A stretch of DNA of 64,000 nt from an uncultured Planctomycetota bacterium. Lineage in GTDB: Bacteria; Planctomycetota; Planctomycetia; Isosphaerales; Isosphaeraceae. The DNA lies in NCBI GenBank assembly GCA_963737655.1, contig CAVTTN010000002.1:704001-768000 (forward strand), in the 5' to 3' direction. A program made the position numbers and the translations under genes. Position 1 is the first letter of the stretch, and every line of letters starts with the position of its first letter. Positions 9,238-16,967 of the stretch are shown one piece after another. A model generated the notes under the pieces. That model was given only the letters and a program-made list of their open reading frames with translations, ran no database searches and was not told where the DNA came from.

Positions 9238-10962
9238 TCAGCCCACCCCGGCCAGAGACTCGTGGTGGGTGATCCGCAAGACCTCGTCGATGGTGGTCAA
9301 ACCCTTCATCGCCTTGATCATGCCGTCCTCGAAGAGAGTGCGCATCCCCTGTTTCCGGGCCGCTTTGCGGATCACCTGGGTCGGCTCCCCCTTGAACGTC
9401 ATCTCGCGGATCGTGTTGGTCATCGACATCAGCTCGTAGATGCCCATCCGTCCACGATAGCCCGACTTGCTGCAATAGGTGCAGCCCTTGCCCTTCATGA
9501 AATTCGCCTTCTTGGCCAGCTCCGGGCGAAGGCCCAAACTCTGGAGGATGTGGCCCGGCGGCTCATACCGGACGCGGCACTTCGGGCAGACCTTCCTCAC
9601 CAGACGCTGGGCCATGATCCCCATGACGGACGAGGCCACCAGGAACGGCTGGACCCCGATATCGACCAGTCTCGTAACAGCACTGGGCGCATCGTTCGTG
9701 TGCAGCGTACTGAAAACCAGGTGTCCGGTCAGGGAGGCCTGGATCGCCGTATTCGCGGTCTCCTCGTCGCGAATCTCGCCCACCAGGAGGATGTTGGGAT
9801 TCTGCCGGAGCATGGCACGGATGATGCGTGCAAACGTCATCCCAATCTTGGCTCGAACCTCGCACTGATTGATGCCGGGCAGGTAGTACTCGACCGGGTC
9901 CTCGGCGGTGATGATCTTGACGTCCGGCCGGTTCAGCTCGTTCAGGGCGGCGTACAGGGTGGTGGTCTTGCCCGACCCGGTCGGCCCGGTCACGAGCAAG
10001 ATGCCGTTGGGCCTCTTGATGAGCTGCGAGAACCTCTTCCAGTCCTCGTCGCCGAAGCCCAGGTCGCGGAGGCCGACCTTGATGTTCTCGCGATCGAGGA
10101 TCCGCATGACGACCGACTGTCCATGCACGGTTGGGATGATGGAGACTCGCAGGTCGATGTCCTTGCCGGCGACGTGGACCTTGATCCGGCCGTCCTGGGG
10201 TCGGCGCTTCTCGGCGATGTCGATCGAGCCCATGATCTTGAGCCGGGAGACCATCGAGCCGAGGAGGCGGCGGGGGGGCGAGTCGCGTTCCATGCAGACG
10301 CCGTCGATCCGATAGCGGATGCGGACGCGGTCGGCGAACGGCTCGATGTGGATGTCCGAGGCCCTCATCGCCACGGCTTCCTGGATGATCAGCTGGACGA
10401 GCCGGATGACCGGGGCGTCCCCCTCGTCGACGCCCCCCGCGCCGCTCCGGCTGCTGCCCCCGCCTTCGTCGGAGAAGTCGATGGCCGTGTCGGTGAATTC
10501 CTGGAGCATCGAGTCGACGGACTCGGTCTCCTGGGAGCTCGACCCGTAATAGCGGTTGATCGCCTCGACGATCGCTTCCTTGGGGGCCAGGGCCATGGTG
10601 ATCTCGCGGTTCAGGACGAACCGGAGCTTCTCGATGGTCTCGAAGTTCAGCGGGTCATGCATGATGACCTTGATCACGCCGTTGTCCTGGGACATCGGCA
10701 TGACGATGTTCTCGCGGGCGAGCGATTCGGGGATCAGCTCGACGACGCCCGAGGGGATCTCGACCTCGCTGAGGTCGACGTAATCCATGTTATGCTGCTC
10801 GGCCTTCGCCTTCATGATCTGGTCGGGATCGGCGTAGGTGAGCTTGACCAGGGCATCCTCGACGTTGACGCCCTTGATGCCCTGGGCCTCCTTCAACTGG
10901 TCGGGGCCGATGACCCCGCGACGGATGAGGATGTCGGTCCACTCGCGGCTCTGCTTGGCCAT
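9238..10962 (-). CDS. PilB/GspE assembly ATPase (copy 2)
   Basis: ASDIHIEP, PQDGRI, GPTGSGKTTT, EDPVEY, LRQNPNILLVGEIRD, CPKC...CTYC. Confidence 0.93.
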   Translation of the reverse strand: MAKQSREWTDILIRRGVIGPDQLKEAQGIKGVNVEDALVKLTYADPDQIMKAKAEQHNMDYVDLSEVEIPSGVVELIPESLARENIVMPMSQDNGVIKVIMHDPLNFETIEKLRFVLNREITMALAPKEAIVEAINRYYGSSSQETESVDSMLQEFTDTAIDFSDEGGGSSRSGAGGVDEGDAPVIRLVQLIIQEAVAMRASDIHIEPFADRVRIRYRIDGVCMERDSPPRRLLGSMVSRLKIMGSIDIAEKRRPQDGRIKVHVAGKDIDLRVSIIPTVHGQSVVMRILDRENIKVGLRDLGFGDEDWKRFSQLIKRPNGILLVTGPTGSGKTTTLYAALNELNRPDVKIITAEDPVEYYLPGINQCEVRAKIGMTFARIIRAMLRQNPNILLVGEIRDEETANTAIQASLTGHLVFSTLHTNDAPSAVTRLVDIGVQPFLVASSVMGIMAQRLVRKVCPKCRVRYEPPGHILQSLGLRPELAKKANFMKGKGCTYCSKSGYRGRMGIYELMSMTNTIREMTFKGEPTQVIRKAARKQGMRTLFEDGMIKAMKGLTTIDEVLRITHHESLAGVG

Positions 10963-11225
10963 GGCCGGGGCTCCAACGAGACGAAGCGGTCAGGAGCGGG
11001 GTCCATCCGGGTCGATCTCCGGGGGCAACGGCGAACGAGACCAGCCCCGAGAGGCCGGATCGCGGGCCGAGGTCGCCCTCGGGGGATGGTGGCAGAGGGA
11101 GGGCGCGGCCGCCTTGGGAGCGGTCAGGGGCCTCGGAATCGATCCTCGACGAACCGAACCGAACTTTGCCCGACGGGGCCGCGACCGAGCAAGGCGAGAT
11201 GAAGAGATGACCCGGACGATGTCAT

Positions 11226-11996
11226 CTAGGCTAGCACAGCCGGATCGTCCGAACAAGCATCCAATTGCCCCGGTCGAGGCGTTCCGGGCGTTCGGGCGTC
11301 GCCGGTCCTCGTCCCGTCGACGAGGGCGGACCGACGGGCCAGCCGCCCGAGCCAGGCGGTCACCGCGGCCGTCGCCGCGACCCCCACGCCCAGCAGGGCC
11401 CACTCGCCGGCCGTCCTCGACCGCCCGCCCGAGGCGGCCTCCAGCCCCGCGAGGCCGGCATCGCCCAGGCTCACATACAGCAGCGTCCCCGGCAGCATCG
11501 CGACGGCGGTCGCCGCCACGCTCGGCCCGAACCGGACGGACGTCAGCCCCAGGGCGTAGTTCAGCACGTTGAACGGGACCACCGGCGACAACCGCAACAG
11601 GGCCACGACCTTCCAGCCACCTCGATCGACGGCCGAATCCAGGGCCGCCAGCCGGGGCCGTCGCGCGAGCCATCGCGACACCGGCCCCCTCCCGCCAGAC
11701 CGGGCGATCAGGAACGCCAGCGTCGCGCCGACATTCGAGGCGATCACCACGACCAGGAAGCCCGTCCCGACCCCGAAGATCGCCCCGGCCGCCAGGGTCA
11801 GGGGAGACGCCGGGACCATCGCCACCACCGAGCCGACATAGGCGACCCCGAAGGCCAGAGGCCCCCACGGCCCCAGCCCCCGGACCCGATCCGCCATCGT
11901 CGTGAAGCCCGGCCCCCATCGAGTCGCCGCCCAGACGGCCATCCCGATCAGGGCCACGATCGCCGCCCGACGGGCCAGGTGCCGACCTCGGACCAT
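11226..11996 (-). CDS. TVP38/TMEM64 (DedA/VTT domain) membrane protein
   Basis: C-terminal part of track ORF 11226..13829 from ATG 11996; LAAGAIFG, GATLAFLIAR, LLRLSPVVPFNVLNYALGLT, LPGT motifs. Confidence 0.88.
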   Translation of the reverse strand: MVRGRHLARRAAIVALIGMAVWAATRWGPGFTTMADRVRGLGPWGPLAFGVAYVGSVVAMVPASPLTLAAGAIFGVGTGFLVVVIASNVGATLAFLIARSGGRGPVSRWLARRPRLAALDSAVDRGGWKVVALLRLSPVVPFNVLNYALGLTSVRFGPSVAATAVAMLPGTLLYVSLGDAGLAGLEAASGGRSRTAGEWALLGVGVAATAAVTAWLGRLARRSALVDGTRTGDARTPGTPRPGQLDACSDDPAVLA

Positions 11997-12182
11997 CCTC
12001 GGCCCTCCTCCAGGAATGATCGGCAGGGCGGAACCGGCCCGGAAAGGTCGGCCGCCCGCATCGGTCCCGCGACGAAAGGGGCGGTCCTCCCGATTGGACC
12101 ACGGACGACCGGGGCTTGCCATCCCCCGTCGCCAGCCGTCGCCCTTGCATCGCCCCCGCCGCCGATGGGAGAATCGCTCGTC

Positions 12183-14576
12183 ATGAACGCCTCGTTCGCC
12201 GCTTTCATGCTGGCGGTCGTCGTCCCTCCGGGGTTCGTGGTCGATCGCCGGGCCGAGGGACTCACGGGCGCCACGGCGATGGCGATCTCGCCCGATGGCC
12301 GCCTGTTCGTCTGCGAGCAAACCGGCGCGCTCCGGCTGGTGAAGGACGGCCGCCTCCTGGCCGAGCCGTTCGTCCGCCTTCGCGTCGATTCTCGCTGGGA
12401 GCGCGGGCTGATCGGCGTGGCGATCGACCCGGAATTCCCCCGCGAGCCGTTCGTCTACGTGAACTACGTCGCCGACGCCCCGTTCCCCCACCATCGGATC
12501 TCTCGGTTCACGGCCTCGGGCGACCGGGCCGATCCCGAATCGGAAAAAGTCTTGTTCGAGGGGGGCGACCAGGAGAAGCTCGGCGGCTCGGTCCCCTCCG
12601 GGCACCAGGGAGGCGCGATCCACTTCGGCCGGGACGGCAAGCTCTACGTCGCCCTGGGGGAGCAGACCGCCGGCTCGCCCTCTCAGGACCTCCATTCGCT
12701 CCTGGGCAAGCTGTTGAGGATCGACCGCGACGGCTCGATCCCGGCCGATAACCCGTTCTTCGATCGAACCGAGGGCAAGTACCGGGCGATCTGGTGCCTC
12801 GGGCTGAGGAACCCGTTCGGCTTCGCCGTCGATCCCCTCTCCGGCCGGATCTTCCTGAACGACGTGGGGGGCAACTTCGAGGAGATCAACGAGGCCGGGC
12901 CCGGCCGCAACTTCGGCTGGCCGACCGTCGAGCACGGCCCGACGAAGGATTCCCGGTTCGTCGGCCCGATCCACTGGTATCCGACCAGCTCGATCACCGG
13001 AGGGGCCTTCGCCCCGCGAAGCGGCCCGCTCCCGGCCGAGTGGCGGGGCCGGTATTTCTTCCTCGACTTCATGAAGGGCTGGCTCAGGACGCTCGACCCC
13101 GACCGCCCCGGAGACGTCCGCGAATTCGCCTCCGGGCTCGCCCGGCCGACCGACCTGGCCTTCGCCCCGGACGGTTCGCTGTATGTCTTGCAACGCGATG
13201 CCTGGGTGATCGACAAGGATTTCCGACCAGGGACCGGCTCGGTCCTCCGCGTCCGGTTCGAGCCGGGCCCTGGAACCCTTCCGGAGAGGCCGAAGGATGT
13301 CACCATCGGCCCGGTCCCGCCGTTCCCCACGTTCCTGCCGCCCCCGGGCCGCTTCACCGGGCCGATCCGGGTGAGGATCACCGCGAAATCGCCCGTTCGG
13401 TTCACCCTCGACGGCTCGGAGCCCTCCATCGAGTCGCCGATCGCGACCGGGCCAATCCCTCTGGATCGCTCGGCGACCCTGAAAATCCGCCCATTCCGCG
13501 ATGGCCAGCCGATCGGCCCCGCCCTGACAGCCGAATATCGCATCGGGGGCCGAACCGCGTTCGGGCTCGCCGATCGACCGGAGGCCCCGAGGCTCCCGCT
13601 CTCGCTCGACCCGAACTCCTGGCCGAAACGGCTCTCCGAGGTCGGGGCGTTCGCCGACCTCGCCGCGATGACCCCCGCCCCGGGCTTCGTGCCCTTCGCC
13701 GTGAACAGCCCGTTGTGGTCCGACGGCGCGGCGAAGCGGCGATGGATCGCGTTGCCCGGTGGTGCCACGATCGAATTCCGCCCGACCGGCGAATGGCGGT
13801 TCCCTCGCGGGACCGTCTTCGTGAAGCACTTCGAGATGCCCCGAGAAGGCGCCCCTCCGCGACGCCTGGAAACCCGGATCACCGTGGCCGACGGCTCCGG
13901 CCTCGGCGCCGCGGCCACCTATCGCTGGGGAGAGGACGGCCGGGACGCCGACCTCCTCGCCGACGGGCGAGACGAGGCCATCGCCACCTCTTCCGACGCC
14001 TCACGTCGTCAAACCTGGTCCTATCCCTCGCGTGATGATTGTTTGAAGTGCCACACCAGGGCCGCCGGCTTCGTCCTCGGCCCCAGCGCCCGTCAGCTCA
14101 ACGGGCCGTTTCGTTATCCGACGACCGGCATCGAGGACCATCAAATCCGCTCCTGGAGCGCCCAGGGGATGTTTAGTCGGGCGGTCCCGGACGAGGAAAT
14201 CCCGAAGTTAGCGAGGCTCTCGCCGATCTCGGACGAATCGGCGACGGTCGAGCACCGCATTCGGTCGTATCTCGATTCCAATTGCGCCAACTGCCACCGC
14301 CCCGGCGCGAACATCCCGGCGGCCTTCGATGCCCGATGGGACTGCCCCGAAGCCGACCGCAAGATCCTCGACGCCCGGACCGTCAGCGACGGCCTGGGGA
14401 TCGCCAATCCCAGGGTCGTGGCCCCGGGAGACGTCTCCCGGTCGATGATCCATCAAAGGATCATCCAGACCGAGAGGTACAAGATGCCGCCGGTCGGCAG
14501 GAACGTCGTCGATCGCGGAGCGGCCGACCTCCTGGCCGGGTGGATCGCCGGTCTCGGCGGCTCGAAGTCGAAGTAG
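12183..14576 (+). CDS. PQQ-dependent glucose/sorbosone dehydrogenase-family protein with Fn3/chitobiase-like and c-type cytochrome domains
   Basis: ERGLIGVAIDP, HQGGAIHFGRDGKLY, GLRNPFG, EEIN..GRNFGWP; RFTLDGSEP; VNSPLWSDGAAKRRWI; heme motifs CLKCH and CANCH. Start could also be 12165. Confidence 0.85.
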   Translation: MNASFAAFMLAVVVPPGFVVDRRAEGLTGATAMAISPDGRLFVCEQTGALRLVKDGRLLAEPFVRLRVDSRWERGLIGVAIDPEFPREPFVYVNYVADAPFPHHRISRFTASGDRADPESEKVLFEGGDQEKLGGSVPSGHQGGAIHFGRDGKLYVALGEQTAGSPSQDLHSLLGKLLRIDRDGSIPADNPFFDRTEGKYRAIWCLGLRNPFGFAVDPLSGRIFLNDVGGNFEEINEAGPGRNFGWPTVEHGPTKDSRFVGPIHWYPTSSITGGAFAPRSGPLPAEWRGRYFFLDFMKGWLRTLDPDRPGDVREFASGLARPTDLAFAPDGSLYVLQRDAWVIDKDFRPGTGSVLRVRFEPGPGTLPERPKDVTIGPVPPFPTFLPPPGRFTGPIRVRITAKSPVRFTLDGSEPSIESPIATGPIPLDRSATLKIRPFRDGQPIGPALTAEYRIGGRTAFGLADRPEAPRLPLSLDPNSWPKRLSEVGAFADLAAMTPAPGFVPFAVNSPLWSDGAAKRRWIALPGGATIEFRPTGEWRFPRGTVFVKHFEMPREGAPPRRLETRITVADGSGLGAAATYRWGEDGRDADLLADGRDEAIATSSDASRRQTWSYPSRDDCLKCHTRAAGFVLGPSARQLNGPFRYPTTGIEDHQIRSWSAQGMFSRAVPDEEIPKLARLSPISDESATVEHRIRSYLDSNCANCHRPGANIPAAFDARWDCPEADRKILDARTVSDGLGIANPRVVAPGDVSRSMIHQRIIQTERYKMPPVGRNVVDRGAADLLAGWIAGLGGSKSK

Positions 14577-14603
14577 GCGTCGGGGCGATGCGGCCCTCCG
14601 GGT

Positions 14604-15194
14604 TCAACGTTCCGCGCCCCGGCCCTCGGTGGGCTCGGATTCGCGCTTCGGCTGGACGTTCACCGTCATCGCCTTCCCGAGCAATCGGGGCAGGTGTTCC
14701 ACCGCCGTCTTGAGGTCCGCCTGGTCGTCATCGAGGTAGAAGGTCGTGGGCTCCCGGCCGCGAAGGGTCAGCGACCAGGAGGCGGAATGGGGCGCATCAT
14801 AAGTGCCCGACGGCGGGTCGAGCCGGGACTTGGCCACCTCGCCCGACCCGACCCGGAGGTTCGTCGGATGGTTGCCCACCGCCTTCGCCGGCCCCTTCGC
14901 GTCGAGCCGGCGCACCGCGGCCCGTTTGGTCAACCAGCCGAGCCCGCCGAGCAGGAGTATGATCGGGATGATCAGAAGCAGGGCAAAGCAACCGTCCGGG
15001 CCCTGCAAGCCCAGGTCCAGCCGGCCTCCGCGAACCAGCCCGAAGACCCAGCGGACCCGGATCAGGTAAAGGGCGTCCGGGCCGACATACACGCGATACA
15101 GGGGCCAGCCCACCTCACCCTTCACCCGGGCGTTGAAGGCGGGCCACTCCCCGAGGGCCCGGATTCGCTCGGTCCCCTCGTCTGGTTCCCCCAT
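14604..15194 (-). CDS. Hypothetical single-TM protein directly downstream of the retron RT (candidate effector or accessory gene)
   Basis: ATG 15194, 22 nt after the RT stop, same strand; 196 aa; hydrophobic CFALLLIIPIILLLGGLGWL followed by basic residues. No family recognised. Confidence 0.65.
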   Translation of the reverse strand: MGEPDEGTERIRALGEWPAFNARVKGEVGWPLYRVYVGPDALYLIRVRWVFGLVRGGRLDLGLQGPDGCFALLLIIPIILLLGGLGWLTKRAAVRRLDAKGPAKAVGNHPTNLRVGSGEVAKSRLDPPSGTYDAPHSASWSLTLRGREPTTFYLDDDQADLKTAVEHLPRLLGKAMTVNVQPKRESEPTEGRGAER

Positions 15195-15216
15195 GTCTCG
15201 ATTCGCTCCGCCCGCC

Positions 15217-16557
15217 CTACCCGGACTGTTCCGGGTCCCGGTCCCTCCAGTCGATGCGACCGAACATCTCATGCAACTTTCGGCCCCGATCGGGATGAAG
15301 CGAGGCGACATGGGCGATCCGGCCCAGCAGATGCGCCCGGAAATCGTCGTGAGGCCGTCGATTCTGCCCGAGAGGGCCGTGCCTCACGCAGTTGTGAAGG
15401 ATCGCCTTCAACGTGTCGTAGTCGCCACGAACCACATTGGGCCGCTCGTTGAGCACCACGCCCGCGACCCGCTGGCGGACGCCCCGTCTCATGATCCGCG
15501 TCTTGCGCGTGTGGACCTCGAACCCCTCTTCCAGCGCGATGGCGCCGACCTGGATGGAGAATCGGCCGACGGATCGCTCGAAATCCCGATCGCCGGAGAA
15601 GGCCAGGTCGTCGGCATAGCGGGTGTAACGGGCCCCCGAGGACTCGGCCAGGGCGGAGAGGCGGACGTCCAGGCGATGGGCGGCCAGGTTGGCCAGGGCC
15701 GGGGAGGTTGGCGCCCCCTGGGGCAGGTGGGGATGCTCATGGAGACGGCGAAACCGCCAGGAATCGGCCGTCCGGGGAGGGGCCGCGGGATCGTTCCAGA
15801 CCGAGCCCGGCACGCGGTTGGTGGCCAGCCCCGAGAGCAAACGGGCCACCGGCTCGGGATAGCCGGCGGTCAGGAACAGGGCCGTCACCCGGGCCGAGGA
15901 GATCGTCGGAAAGAAGTCCTTCAGGTCCATCTTCAGCACCACGCGACGCCCCACGTGCGGATCGACGAAGGTGCGAATCGATCGACCCGGTCGAAAGCCG
16001 TGGACCGAGTCGTGAGGGGGGATCATCGCCACGATCTCGCGGAGGGCCCGCCTCTGGACCAGCTTCAGGCGAGGCCGGGGGGCTTCGACCAGGCGAAAGG
16101 CCCCCGATCGCTTGGCGACCCAGCGATACGAGTAGCGCCTCGGGGCACCCGCCGGAGACCTCCGCTCAAGCCCCCGGGGATCGGCCAGCCATTCCAGCTC
16201 GCGGAGGCCGATTTGGAGCTGATCGGCCAGGGCCGAGGGGGTCGTCAACGGCGGGACCGGCCAGGAGGACGGCAAGCCCGGGGCGGGCCACATCACGGCC
16301 GGCGGATCGAGCGGCCGAGGCCCCGTCCGCAAGTCGGGCAATCCGGCGCAACCGCGACAAAACCCCCGATCCCGCAGAAAGAAATCGACCAGCCGCCCCG
16401 AGGTCGGGCGAGTCGGAGTCGCAAATTCCACCAGGACCCGCCGGAGGAGCGAAGCCATCCACCGAGGCCGCCGACCCAGGGCCGATCGCGCCCTCTCCGC
16501 AAGGTCTTCCTTCCGCCAGGGGCCCAGGACCAGGGCCTCGGCCAGGCGACGAGCCAC
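15217..16557 (-). CDS. Retron-type reverse transcriptase (446 aa)
   Basis: KRSGAFRLVEAPRPRLKLVQR, VHGFRPGRSI, KMDLKDFFPTI, LPQGAPTSPALAN, YTRYADDLAFSG, KTRIM, QRVAGVVLN (retron region Y, VTG-like). No maturase or endonuclease domain. Confidence 0.93.
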   Translation of the reverse strand: MARRLAEALVLGPWRKEDLAERARSALGRRPRWMASLLRRVLVEFATPTRPTSGRLVDFFLRDRGFCRGCAGLPDLRTGPRPLDPPAVMWPAPGLPSSWPVPPLTTPSALADQLQIGLRELEWLADPRGLERRSPAGAPRRYSYRWVAKRSGAFRLVEAPRPRLKLVQRRALREIVAMIPPHDSVHGFRPGRSIRTFVDPHVGRRVVLKMDLKDFFPTISSARVTALFLTAGYPEPVARLLSGLATNRVPGSVWNDPAAPPRTADSWRFRRLHEHPHLPQGAPTSPALANLAAHRLDVRLSALAESSGARYTRYADDLAFSGDRDFERSVGRFSIQVGAIALEEGFEVHTRKTRIMRRGVRQRVAGVVLNERPNVVRGDYDTLKAILHNCVRHGPLGQNRRPHDDFRAHLLGRIAHVASLHPDRGRKLHEMFGRIDWRDRDPEQSG

Positions 16558-16581
16558 GCGGCGGGTTCGCGAAGGATAAGA

Positions 16582-16754
16582 CAGCGGCGGCGCTCCAACC
16601 CGTCTCGTCCGGCGTGAGCAGTTCTACGTGAAGCGTAGTCCCGCTCACGCCTCGCCTGGGACCAAATCAAACGCTCCCCCGGGGTAACCCCGGAGAGGTG
16701 GGAAGCCATCGCGAGACGGCCGAACCACCCGCTTGGAAAACGCCGCCGCTGATC
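16582..16754 (-). ncRNA. Retron msr-msd non-coding RNA
   Basis: Perfect 11-bp terminal IR cagcggcggcg (16582-16592) / cgccgccgctg (16741-16751), extended by tccaa (16594-16598) / ttgga (16733-16737). An unpaired G follows in AAGC context (16732). Two msr hairpins (16697-16729, 16679-16693) and one msd hairpin (16611-16651). Lies just upstream of the RT. Confidence 0.85.
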
Positions 16755-16759
16755 CGCTG

Positions 16760-16788
16760 AACATAAGGGCGACCTCGACGGATGTCAA
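16760..16788 (-). promoter_or_regulatory. Sigma70-type promoter of the retron
   Basis: Minus strand TTGACA (16788-16783), 17 nt, TATGTT (16765-16760). Predicted start ~16754-16753, 2-3 nt before the 5' IR arm. Confidence 0.8.
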
Positions 16789-16924
16789 GGTCTTTCGATC
16801 CTTCCCGAACGACCGCAAAAGGGAGCAACACGGGGAAAGGGAACGTGCCGGAAAGCAGCAATTGCATGCAATGCTTCGCTCCGTCCCCCTTGCGCGCCCT
16901 ATACTTCCCCTATCGCCGCCTGCT

Positions 16925-16945
16925 CGTGGTCACGCATTGACCACG
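16925..16945. terminator. Hairpin just after the FG-GAP gene (possible terminator or stability hairpin)
   Basis: cgtggtca-cgcat-tgaccacg, 8-bp stem; no U-tract. Confidence 0.35.
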
Positions 16946-16967
16946 TCACGAGGAGGCCAAAGGTCTT

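Noticed and set aside
15217..16557. RT as a group II intron, DGR or CRISPR-associated RT
   Set aside because: No maturase/HNH domain or intron domain V-like flank, no TR/VR repeat pair or avd gene, and no cas genes or array. The motifs and upstream RNA fit a retron.
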